Shown: positions 9,489-17,598 of the stretch, one piece after another
Position numbering within the stretch: position 1 is the stretch's first letter
Layout: each line of letters begins with the position of its first letter
Assembly: GCA_965364895.1 (NCBI GenBank)
Contig: CBDTZL010000001.1
Location: forward strand, 1-40,461
Direction of reading: 5' to 3'
Source: an uncultured bacterium
Lineage (GTDB): Bacteria; Chloroflexota; Anaerolineae; Anaerolineales; E44-bin32
DNA length: 40,461 nt
The notes under the pieces: model-generated
The model's input: only the letters and a program-made list of their open reading frames with translations
Told to the model about the DNA's origin: nothing
Databases searched by the model: none
Program-made: the position numbers and the translations under genes

Positions 9489-11021
9489 TCAGCTGAGACC
9501 GTAAATCTCGGAATACTTGTCGGTCAGGTACTTGAGGTATGGTTTCGCGCTCAGTTCCTCACCGGTTGCCCGTTTGAGCAGGTCCATCGGTTCATACTTG
9601 CCCCCATGTCGATGGATCTTTTCATTCAGCCATCCAATGAGTTCGCCGAACTCGCCTTTTGAGATCTGAGCCTCGAGATCGGGTAAGTCCTGGCTGAGCT
9701 TCTGCCAGAGTTGCACAGAGATCATGTTGCCCAGCGTATAGGTCGGGAAGTATCCAAAATACCCATCCGACCAGTGGATGTCCTGAAGCACGCCCCGTCG
9801 ATCATCCGGTGGTCTAAGCCCCAGGTACTCCTCAAATTTAGCGTTCCATGCCTCCGGCAGATCATCGATTGCAAGATTGCCCTCGATCAAATCGGCTTCG
9901 ATCTCAAATCGAATGAGGATGTGTAGGTTGTAAGTCGCTTCATCTGCGTCAACTCTGATAAGCGAGCGCTCAACCTTGTTAATGCCCCGGTAAAAGGCCT
10001 CGGCATCAACGCCGCCAAGCTGGCTTGGGAAAGCAGCCTGCAGCCGCGGGTAGTAAGCCGTCCAAAAGGCACGGCTGCGGCCAATGAGATTTTCCAGCAT
10101 GCGCGATTGCGATTCATGAATGCCGAGTGAAGCGTCATGAGCCCCCTCAAGGGTCGAACCAGAAAGGGTTGGGATCCGATCGAGCGCAGGCGCAATCCCC
10201 TGGCTGTAGATGGCGTGTCCAGCCTCGTGCGCGGATCCGAAGAGGGCAGGACCGAACTGATTTGGGTAGACGCGATTGGTGATGCGCACATCGCCACGAT
10301 TGAGGGATTGGCTGAAGGGATGGGGAGCCGTGTCCAGCCTGCCTCGATTTAAGTCGTAGCCGAGATCCCGGATCACTTCCAAACCAAAGTCAATCTGTGT
10401 TTGCTCGTCGTAGGCAACGTGCAAGAACGAATCGTCGACCGCATTTGATCTTTCGCTTATGGCCTGAATCAACGGAATCTGTGACTCTCGAAGCTCAGCA
10501 AAGATTTCTCTCACAGTAGCCAGCTTCAATCCTGGCTCATAATCATCAAGTAGTGGATCGTACGGGCTGTCGTATGGTTCGAAGAAACTCACATAGGAGC
10601 GCTTGACGTCCAGAACCTTCTCCAAATGAGGTCGAAAGTCGGCGAAACTCGACGCCTTTCGCGCCTCAACCCATGCGCTAAAAGCGAGACCGGTTATGCG
10701 TACCGAGTGTTCCACCCATTCGGAGGGCACTCGTCGGCTCTTGTCGAAATCTCGCCGGAGACGTGCAACGATACCCGCTTCGTCTGAGTCCGGATCCAGA
10801 CCCTGGACCTCCGACTCCGCCGCCGTAAGCGCCTCGCCAAAGTCATCTCGAATAAAGAGCTCATGTGCCATGCTGGAGAGGGTGGCCATCGCGTGCGATC
10901 GACCTTCAGCTCCTCCGGGCGGCATGTAGGTTTGCATGTCCCAGTTCAATAAATCTGAAGCAGAGGCCAGATCAAAAACCCTGCCCGCCAACACACGGAG
11001 CTTTTCGTATTGTTCTCCCAT
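9489..11021 (-). CDS. Carboxypeptidase Taq-type metallopeptidase (family M32)
   Basis: 510 aa with the M32 motifs DTAPHPF, HEAGHAIY (HExxH), GIHESQSR and IRVDADEATYNLHI. Confidence 0.9.
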   Translation of the reverse strand: MGEQYEKLRVLAGRVFDLASASDLLNWDMQTYMPPGGAEGRSHAMATLSSMAHELFIRDDFGEALTAAESEVQGLDPDSDEAGIVARLRRDFDKSRRVPSEWVEHSVRITGLAFSAWVEARKASSFADFRPHLEKVLDVKRSYVSFFEPYDSPYDPLLDDYEPGLKLATVREIFAELRESQIPLIQAISERSNAVDDSFLHVAYDEQTQIDFGLEVIRDLGYDLNRGRLDTAPHPFSQSLNRGDVRITNRVYPNQFGPALFGSAHEAGHAIYSQGIAPALDRIPTLSGSTLEGAHDASLGIHESQSRMLENLIGRSRAFWTAYYPRLQAAFPSQLGGVDAEAFYRGINKVERSLIRVDADEATYNLHILIRFEIEADLIEGNLAIDDLPEAWNAKFEEYLGLRPPDDRRGVLQDIHWSDGYFGYFPTYTLGNMISVQLWQKLSQDLPDLEAQISKGEFGELIGWLNEKIHRHGGKYEPMDLLKRATGEELSAKPYLKYLTDKYSEIYGLS

Positions 11022-11050
11022 GCTTCTCCTGTTCTAGACCGCTTTTAATT

Positions 11051-11201
11051 GCAGCGGTTTGCCAACTAGCGCGGACAAATGCATTCTCTTTCTAGTCCAT
11101 CCGTGAGCGCAGCGGCTCGCCGTTTAGTGCGGTTGAGCCTCGCTTGTGATGAATTCCCTGCTAAATAACCCGCCAGCGGAGCGACTCGCCGTTTAGCGCA
11201 G
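11051..11201. repeat. Three degenerate direct copies of a ~24-nt motif (plus-strand consensus GCAGCGGCTCGCCGTTTAGYGCGG) at 11051-11074, 11109-11132 and 11178-11201
   Basis: Hand alignment: copy 2 vs copy 3 match at 20/24 positions, copy 1 vs copy 2 at 18/24. Copy 3 lies inside the 3' end of the dehydrogenase gene. Copies 1 and 2 lie in the 139-nt spacer before the M32 carboxypeptidase start. Confidence 0.7.
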
Positions 11202-12084
11202 CTAATACCTCGCCGGCGATGTCCCGGCCGGCTTTTGTCTGAGCTTCTTCTGTCGCGGCCCCGATATGAGGAGTCGAAACCACGTTTGGATGAACTAGCA
11301 GCTTTGATTCTCCGGGTGGTTCCTGGGAGAACACATCCAGTGCTGCTCCAGCCAGATGGCCGGTTTCAAGTGCAGCAAGCAGCGACGGCTCATCCACGAT
11401 CCCACCCCTAGCGGCCGATATCAGCCGGGCTCCCGGCTTCATCTTGCCCAGCGCCTCGTTGCCAAACATGCCGCGGGTTTCATCATTCAACGGTAGGTGC
11501 ACAAGCACGTAATCAGAGCTGCTGAGCAATGTGTCGAAGTCGGTCGGTTCGATCCCGCGACTACGGAGTTCATCTTCTGGCTTCAGCGCGTCGTAACCGA
11601 ACACTTTCATTCCGAACGCGCTCGCCCGCTCCGCGATCGCCGTACCAATTCTGCCAACCCCGACGATTCCTACCGTCTTTTCGAAAAGCTCCGAGCCTCT
11701 GAGTTCGGACTTGCGCCACTCCGCTCGCCGCATACTGGCGTCGGCTGCGGGAATATGCCGAGACAGGGAAAGCATGAGACCTAGTGTGAGCTCAGCTACA
11801 GCCACGGTCGCCGCCTGTGGGGCGTTGACGACGGTGACCCCCCGTGATTTGGCAGCATCCAGGTCGATATTATCGACCCCCACCCCTGCCCGACCGATAA
11901 CTTTGAGGTTTGAGCTCGCTTGTTCAAGTACCTCGGCTGTGACCTTGGTGCGGCCTCGAACTACGAGTGCATCGCTCTCCCCGAGAGCTTCGAGCGTCTC
12001 GGATTCAACAACTTCGGCCTGCTCCCGGAGCAGCCGCAGCCCCTCCTCGGACAGGCCATCAGTCACCAGCACACGCCAGGCCAT
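11161..12084 (-). CDS. D-isomer-specific 2-hydroxyacid dehydrogenase (short phosphoglycerate-dehydrogenase-like)
   Basis: GIVGVGRIGTAIAERASAFGMKV (NAD-binding GxGxxG), RGG..D and TPHIGAATEEAQ motifs. I prefer the ATG at 12084 (MAWRVLVTDGL) to the track start at 12108. Confidence 0.85.
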   Translation of the reverse strand: MAWRVLVTDGLSEEGLRLLREQAEVVESETLEALGESDALVVRGRTKVTAEVLEQASSNLKVIGRAGVGVDNIDLDAAKSRGVTVVNAPQAATVAVAELTLGLMLSLSRHIPAADASMRRAEWRKSELRGSELFEKTVGIVGVGRIGTAIAERASAFGMKVFGYDALKPEDELRSRGIEPTDFDTLLSSSDYVLVHLPLNDETRGMFGNEALGKMKPGARLISAARGGIVDEPSLLAALETGHLAGAALDVFSQEPPGESKLLVHPNVVSTPHIGAATEEAQTKAGRDIAGEVLAALNGESLRWRVI

Positions 12085-12129
12085 GGTGAGAACCCGGCTA
12101 TTGTACACGCCATCGCGAATAGGTTCGGG

Positions 12130-12942
12130 CTATGAATTATTGTAGCGAAGATCGAGCGGGTACCAGGCCAAATGAAACAGCATATGGCCCAGCACCGCGG
12201 CGATTAGGCCATATTGCCAATACAACCAGCCAAACCCAAGCGACACCCAAAGATTGGTGCCAATCGCCGAGATGGTTAGTAACGAGGATTTCTTAGCCCC
12301 GGCGGCAACCAAGCCGGGTAGGTGGCCCAAGCCAAACAGTAATCCAGAGATCACAATGGCAGCCCAATATACCGAAGACGTGGGTGGGTCAACGACCAGA
12401 GTACCCAACCAGACAATCAGCGTCATCAAGCCCCATCGGGTCAGGATCTCCTCTACCAGGCCGCCAAAAAGCAGCCGTCCTGAAAGGCCAAGCTGAATGC
12501 GGATTTCCTCAACCACTTTCACGGTTTCTTTCCCCAGACGGGGACGAATGTAGCCGTAGTACGCAAGCAAGAAAGGAATCACCAGGATCGCCGTCACCGT
12601 GATTGTGGGCAGAAGCATGTCTGGGAGATCGGACGGGATCGGCTCGCTGTTGGTAATGGCCTCGAAGACCGGTGCGCTCAGTCCGACTCTTGGGGCCAGC
12701 GCAGTACCAATCGCGGCCGCGATCGCCACCAGTACAAAATTCTGCACAATTCCCAGAACGATGAGCGAGGACCTAGCAGGTACAGGTTTGTTCGACTTCG
12801 CTACGGTTCGCCGCAGAGTGTCTACTTGCCGATAGCTCGCAATGAAGATTCCGGGAAGTGAAACTAAGAGCAGAAGACCGAAGAGCGAGAAGTTAAAGGT
12901 GATGATCAGTCTCGATCTCGGCCAGCTCGCGCAAGCGAGCAT
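12130..12942 (-). CDS. CPBP-family intramembrane glutamic endopeptidase (CAAX protease/Abi-like)
   Basis: Polytopic protein with GGLVEEILTRWGL (EExxxR), FGLGHL and HMLFHL motifs. The start is uncertain because its first 16 codons overlap the RpiB-like remnant in another frame. Confidence 0.8.
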   Translation of the reverse strand: MLACASWPRSRLIITFNFSLFGLLLLVSLPGIFIASYRQVDTLRRTVAKSNKPVPARSSLIVLGIVQNFVLVAIAAAIGTALAPRVGLSAPVFEAITNSEPIPSDLPDMLLPTITVTAILVIPFLLAYYGYIRPRLGKETVKVVEEIRIQLGLSGRLLFGGLVEEILTRWGLMTLIVWLGTLVVDPPTSSVYWAAIVISGLLFGLGHLPGLVAAGAKKSSLLTISAIGTNLWVSLGFGWLYWQYGLIAAVLGHMLFHLAWYPLDLRYNNS

Positions 12943-13051
12943 CGTCCTTCAGGGGTCCATGCAGAGTCAGCTCGTGGCCGCGCCGTTGGAGTTCATCCAC
13001 TACCGCATCAGTCATCGGGTTGCGTTCGTCGGGTCCGACAGAAATTTTCAC
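12893..13051 (-). pseudogene. Candidate 52-codon remnant of an RpiB/LacA/LacB-family sugar-phosphate isomerase (N-terminal part only)
   Basis: Below the ORF-track size cut-off. My translation from GTG 13051 gives VKISVGPDERNPMTDAVVDELQRRGHELTLHGPLKDDARLRELAEIETDHHL*. The first ~35 residues resemble the N-terminus of RpiB-like isomerases (MKI.vGsDe....L...v.e.L...GHEv...G). Full-length members are about 145-170 aa. Confidence 0.35.
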
Positions 13052-13066
13052 AAGGATGCGATTCTA

Positions 13067-14977
13067 TCAGGGCCCGACCGTGATCTGCACCATCACCGGC
13101 AAATGGTCTGAGGCCAACGTCTGGAGTACTTCCACTTGATTGCCGATCAGGTCGGCGGAGTGCCAGACCCAATCGATGCGTTTGCTTGGATCCCGCGCGT
13201 TCCAGGTGAGCCCTGCACCGGCTCCCGACTCTGTCCAGGAATCGATCAGCCCTGCCTCTTCCAGCAGCGTGATTTCCGGCGCCCCGGACTCTGCGTTAAG
13301 GTCGCCAAGAAGGATCGAGCTCTTCCGGCCATCCCAGAAATCGAGCAGAACGGGCACCTGAAGCAGCCGAATGTCGTGATCATCTTCAATCTGGTGCAGG
13401 TGAGTATTGATTATTAAAAGGGGATCGTCAGCGCCTATGTCAATCTCGACCCATGTGTAGCCGCGGCCGATCAGGGAACCGTCACGCGGCAGCTCCCCGG
13501 ATCCGCTGGCCAGGACGGGGAGACGCGAGAGGATTGCGTTTCCCCAGTGAGGCTCCTCCGTGCCACTGAAGACGATTGCCATGTCCAGCCGCCGGGACAG
13601 CCAGGTCACGAGATCGCTCGCCCCATCCAATAGTCGGTCGCGAGTGATCTCCTGCAATGCCACAACATCCACACCGCTGTCCTCGATCACCTTCGCAATG
13701 GCTTCAGGATCATGACGGCCCAAGCTCCCGAAGCCAGAGTGGATGTTGTACGTCATCACCCGCACTGGAGCGCCGGTGGGAGGTTTTGGGGTTGGAATAG
13801 GTCCGGCTAAGATCCACAGTAGCAGCGGCAGTCCTACCACCAAGCTTGCTGCCCACACCGGGGCTGTGTCGCCTTCGGCATCGGGAATTTGCAACCCACG
13901 TGAGGCGATCAGCAGCATCAGGCCAAAAAGGGCCGCTGCCGCAGGCGGAATAGCCGTCCGAGGGAAGGGCAATGCAATATCAAGTGAAAGGTAGAAGGCA
14001 AACACCAGTACCAGGAACAGCAGCGTGCCGAGCGGCAGCATCACGCCGGTCCGAGTGAGGCCGCCGCGCTCTGCGGTTCTGGCGCGGACGCTCAGGAACG
14101 CCCATCCCCAGCCCAATACAAACTGACCGATGGCGGCGGTAAGCACCACGACCGTCCCCGCCTGGCCGGCGGTGACGATTGCCAAAGTCAGATATACGCC
14201 GGCTGCCAGGGCCAGAGTGCCGCGGAAGGTCTCTGGTCGGGCCAGGCCATAGAAAATTCCCAGCACCAGAAGCACATTGCCGATCATGACAACCAGAAAC
14301 GCGGCGGAGGGTCCAACTCCACTCAATTCACCCAGCAACCCCGGGCTCTGGAAGATCAACACCTCCAGCAGCAAAAACGCCCCTATCGCAATCAGCGGGA
14401 CTGCTCCTGACCACGCAGTTTCCGAATCTGCGTCTGAGTTCGGAACCGGTTCCTTCCAAATCGCCCAAACTGTCAGCGCCGATATGAACGCCGTGACGAT
14501 CAGAGGAACGGTGCCTGCGATCCAGGTGAGGTCGACTGAGCCGAATGCACCGCGCAGTGCGGTATCGCAAGTCAGGCCGAGAGCAAAACCGAAGGCCCAG
14601 CGAGGGGCCGCGTTATCCGTAGTAGCCCGCAAATGGCCCATGAAAACGGGCAAATATATAAGAAAGACCGCTATTCCAGCCATACTCAGCCAAAGGTCGA
14701 GACCAGGGTCGGTGACGACTTGCTCGATCAGGCGGAGTATCGCTAAGCCACCGGCTGAAATCCACAGGGCGAGCCGGGGGCCGGCCGCGCGCCACAGCAG
14801 CGGCGCTAGGACCGCTAGCAAGAACGTTCCAAACGCGTAAGGAGCGAGCGATACGGCGGAAAGTCCCACCGTGTCCCGCAGGTACCATGTCAGGCTGCCA
14901 ATAAATAGCCGCAGCATCTGCAGGCCCATAGTGACAACCAGAATCGGAAGAATCCACTGCCCCAGTTTTTCAGTCAT
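13067..14977 (-). CDS. Fusion of a ~400-aa polytopic membrane domain (about 11-12 TM, unrecognised family) with a C-terminal endonuclease/exonuclease/phosphatase (EEP) domain
   Basis: 636 aa. The C-terminal ~230 aa carry EEP motifs in order: VRVMTYNIHSG, DVVALQEI, GNAILSRLPV, LIINTHL, LLGDLNA, RIDWVWHS, SDHLPV. The N-terminal two-thirds are continuous hydrophobic helices. Confidence 0.85.
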   Translation of the reverse strand: MTEKLGQWILPILVVTMGLQMLRLFIGSLTWYLRDTVGLSAVSLAPYAFGTFLLAVLAPLLWRAAGPRLALWISAGGLAILRLIEQVVTDPGLDLWLSMAGIAVFLIYLPVFMGHLRATTDNAAPRWAFGFALGLTCDTALRGAFGSVDLTWIAGTVPLIVTAFISALTVWAIWKEPVPNSDADSETAWSGAVPLIAIGAFLLLEVLIFQSPGLLGELSGVGPSAAFLVVMIGNVLLVLGIFYGLARPETFRGTLALAAGVYLTLAIVTAGQAGTVVVLTAAIGQFVLGWGWAFLSVRARTAERGGLTRTGVMLPLGTLLFLVLVFAFYLSLDIALPFPRTAIPPAAAALFGLMLLIASRGLQIPDAEGDTAPVWAASLVVGLPLLLWILAGPIPTPKPPTGAPVRVMTYNIHSGFGSLGRHDPEAIAKVIEDSGVDVVALQEITRDRLLDGASDLVTWLSRRLDMAIVFSGTEEPHWGNAILSRLPVLASGSGELPRDGSLIGRGYTWVEIDIGADDPLLIINTHLHQIEDDHDIRLLQVPVLLDFWDGRKSSILLGDLNAESGAPEITLLEEAGLIDSWTESGAGAGLTWNARDPSKRIDWVWHSADLIGNQVEVLQTLASDHLPVMVQITVGP

Positions 14978-15163
14978 AGTCTTTTACCTCCGCGATAACG
15001 CCTAGGTGTACTGCGAGCAGTCATCCCCACTCTCTCATGCAAACCCCCGTCGCGGCTCTGGGTCACGCCCGAGAAGTTGATTGCAAACCAGCATCGCAGC
15101 CCAGGGTCATGTTCCAGAAGGCGTTTATGTCATAATATGCGCCCGCTGTCAGGAGAGTTAAGC

Positions 15164-16447
15164 GTGCATTTCCAGAGCGTCTGCGTGCTTGGTTTGGGAT
15201 ATATCGGTCTGCCCACCGCCAGCACCCTTGCTAAGGCCGGAATGAAGGTCACTGGTGTAGATGTGGACCCGCAGGTGCTGGAGGGGCTTAGAGCGGGCAA
15301 AATCCATATCCACGAACCCGGACTTCATGAGCTGGCTCAGGAAGCGCTCGATTCGGGAAATCTGTCCGTGAGCGATCACCCCGCAGAGGCGGATGCCTTT
15401 GTCATTGCCGTTCCAACTCCAGTTACCGAGGACAACAAAGCAGATCTGCGCCACGTGATGGAAGCGGCGAAAGCGATCGTTCCACATCTCCGCAAGGGAA
15501 ACCTGGTGATGCTGGAATCGACATGCCCGCCGCGCACCACGATCGACCAGGTCGCCCCAATCCTTGAGAGTTCCGGGATGAACGCCGGAGCAGATTTCCT
15601 CCTGGCCTATACGCCTGAGCGTGCACTCCCCGGCCGCATCTTGCAGGAGCTAGTGGAGAATGTCCGAATAATCGGGGGGATTGACCTCGCTTCGGCGGAA
15701 GCAGGCCGGGATCTTTATGCCTCCTTCGTCGAGGGCGAAATCCTGCTGACCGATGCCACCACCGCCGAGATGGTCAAGCTCATGGAGAACACCTATCGGG
15801 ACATCAATATTGCCGTGGCGAACGAGTTTGCCCGGATGGCGGAGAGGCTTGGAGTCGACGTGTGGAAGGCGATCCGCCTGGCAAACGAGCATCCTCGAGT
15901 CGATATTCTCCAGCCCGGACCGGGAGTCGGCGGGCATTGTATTGCTGTTGATCCCTGGTTCCTCGTTGAGGCCACTCCAGATCTCGCGCCGCTTATTCAA
16001 CAGGCAATGGCGGTCAACGATCGCCAGCCTATGCACTCGGCAAATCTCATTCAGCATGCGCTCGGCGGGCTAAGTGGGAAGCGAATTGCTGCCTTAGGGC
16101 TTTCCTACAAGTCCAATGTCGGTGATCTTCGCGAAAGCCCGGCGATGGAGATCGTCGGCATTCTGGTTGAGCAGGGCGCTGATGTCCACACTTTCGAACC
16201 GTATGATTTAGCAGCCTCCGCCGACGGCGCTGAGGCAGAAGATACTTTGGAGTCGGTTTTGCAAGGCGCGGATGCCATCGTTCTATTGGTAAACCATCGC
16301 GAATTCGTCGAGCTCGATCCAAAACAAGTGGGCCAACAGATGGCAGGACGCGTGGCCGTGGATTTACGAGGCGCCTGGCAGGCGGATTCCTGGCGTGCGG
16401 CTGGGTTCGAAATCCAAACGCTTGGAGTCGGCGCGCTGCATGGCTGA
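15164..16447 (+). CDS. wecC: UDP-N-acetyl-D-mannosamine (nucleotide-sugar) 6-dehydrogenase
   Basis: VCVLGLGYIGLPTAS (NAD fold), catalytic-Cys motif PGPGVGGHCIAVDPWF, and C-terminal UDP-binding domain (LGLSYKSNVGDLRESPA). I prefer the GTG at 15164, in frame, preceded by AGGAG at 15151-15155 and a CATAAT/TAATAT -10-like box at 15131-15138. The track start at 15077 adds a Cys/Arg-rich extension. The symbol rests on the adjacent wecB; a WbpA/WbpO-type specificity cannot be excluded. Confidence 0.85.
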   Translation: MHFQSVCVLGLGYIGLPTASTLAKAGMKVTGVDVDPQVLEGLRAGKIHIHEPGLHELAQEALDSGNLSVSDHPAEADAFVIAVPTPVTEDNKADLRHVMEAAKAIVPHLRKGNLVMLESTCPPRTTIDQVAPILESSGMNAGADFLLAYTPERALPGRILQELVENVRIIGGIDLASAEAGRDLYASFVEGEILLTDATTAEMVKLMENTYRDINIAVANEFARMAERLGVDVWKAIRLANEHPRVDILQPGPGVGGHCIAVDPWFLVEATPDLAPLIQQAMAVNDRQPMHSANLIQHALGGLSGKRIAALGLSYKSNVGDLRESPAMEIVGILVEQGADVHTFEPYDLAASADGAEAEDTLESVLQGADAIVLLVNHREFVELDPKQVGQQMAGRVAVDLRGAWQADSWRAAGFEIQTLGVGALHG

Positions 16448-16490
16448 TGCGCTCGGGATGCTAGGGACAAGAACGCTGCATGGCTGATGC
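16434..16490. repeat. Perfect 17-bp direct repeat CGCTGCATGGCTGATGC (16434-16450 and 16474-16490) flanking a 23-nt spacer at the wecC/wecB junction
   Basis: Read directly from the sequence. Copy 1 contains the wecC stop (TGA 16445-16447). Copy 2 contains the wecB start (ATG 16480-16482). Confidence 0.95.
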
Positions 16491-17598
16491 ACTCCGCACG
16501 TTGTCGATTTTTGGCACGCGGCCCGAAGCAATTAAGATGGCTCCGGTGCTGAAGCAGCTCAGCGATTCCTCCTCGATTGAGTCGATCGTCTGCATCACCG
16601 CCCAACATCGCGAGATGCTGGACCAGGTGCTTGAGCTCTTCGACATCATCCCCGATTACGATCTCGACATCATGAAGCCTGCTCAACCGCTCAACGAGCT
16701 CACAGCCAGTGTTTTCCAGGGATTAGCGCCCGTGATTCAGGCGGTCAAGCCAGACTGGGTGCTCGTTCAAGGGGACACCACCACCGTGATGAGCGCCGCG
16801 CTGCTAGCGTACTACCACCACGTGAAAGTGGGCCACGTAGAAGCTGGGCTTCGAACCGGCGATAAGTACCAGCCCTTCCCAGAAGAGGTCAACCGCCGGG
16901 TGCTCGGAGCAGTAGCAGATCTGCACTTTGCGCCGACCGATTGGGCTCAGGAGAATTTGTTGCGGGAATCTGTGCCGCAAGAAATGATTACAGTGACCGG
17001 CAATACGGTCATCGACGCGCTAAATGTGATGATCGAGCGCCCGGTCGATCTCTTCGTGGGACCGTTGGCCGGCTTATCGGATCAAGCGATTATTTTAGTC
17101 ACCGCCCACCGCAGGGAGAATTTTGGGGAGCCTCTTGAGCGTATCTTTGAGGCGCTGCGGCAGATCGCACAGCACTACGGTGATCGGGTCCATTTGATTT
17201 ACCCCGTGCACTTGAATCCCAAGGTACAGGAGCCTGCGAAGAGGTTGCTGGCCGACCTGCCGAACGTTCACCTGATCGAGCCCCTGGACTATCTCAATAT
17301 GGCACACCTCATCAAGAAGGCCCACCTCATCCTCACCGATTCAGGGGGAATTCAGGAGGAGGCGCCCGGATTGGGAACCCCGGTGCTTGTGCTGCGGGAG
17401 CGGACGGAGCGGCCAGAAGCCATTGAAGCGGGAACCGCTATTTTGGTTGGCACCGACACCGAACGGATCGTACACGATACGCGCCGACTGATGGACGACT
17501 CGCAGGCCTACGCGGCCATGGCGACTGCAGCGAATCCCTTTGGCGATGGCCACGCCGCGGAACGCATTGTCGAGGCGCTTCTGGCAACGCGTGAGTAG
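16480..17598 (+). CDS. wecB: UDP-N-acetylglucosamine 2-epimerase (non-hydrolysing)
   Basis: FGTRPEAIKMAPV, HVEAGLRTGD, VTAHRRENFG and DSGGIQEEAPGLGTPVLVLRE motifs; 372 aa. Confidence 0.9.
   Translation: MADALRTLSIFGTRPEAIKMAPVLKQLSDSSSIESIVCITAQHREMLDQVLELFDIIPDYDLDIMKPAQPLNELTASVFQGLAPVIQAVKPDWVLVQGDTTTVMSAALLAYYHHVKVGHVEAGLRTGDKYQPFPEEVNRRVLGAVADLHFAPTDWAQENLLRESVPQEMITVTGNTVIDALNVMIERPVDLFVGPLAGLSDQAIILVTAHRRENFGEPLERIFEALRQIAQHYGDRVHLIYPVHLNPKVQEPAKRLLADLPNVHLIEPLDYLNMAHLIKKAHLILTDSGGIQEEAPGLGTPVLVLRERTERPEAIEAGTAILVGTDTERIVHDTRRLMDDSQAYAAMATAANPFGDGHAAERIVEALLATRE

Noticed and set aside
15077-15163. N-terminal extensions implied by the track's longest-ORF starts: 15077 for wecC, 24046 for the heparinase-like gene, 36174 for btuF, 37103 for the permease, 17540 for the first GT4, 27134 for the small gene, 12108 for the dehydrogenase, 8926 for the lipoprotein
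   Set aside because: Each extension overlaps the upstream gene, a promoter or a terminator, or adds non-homologous Cys/Arg-rich residues. Internal starts give canonical N-termini (GxGxxG fold, lipoprotein signal peptides, an SD at proper spacing, or 4-8-nt start/stop overlaps).
16400-16416. tRNA T-arm-like string GGGTTCGAAATCC
   Set aside because: It lies inside the wecC coding sequence, and there is no complementary acceptor, D or anticodon stem around it. No tRNA can be folded.
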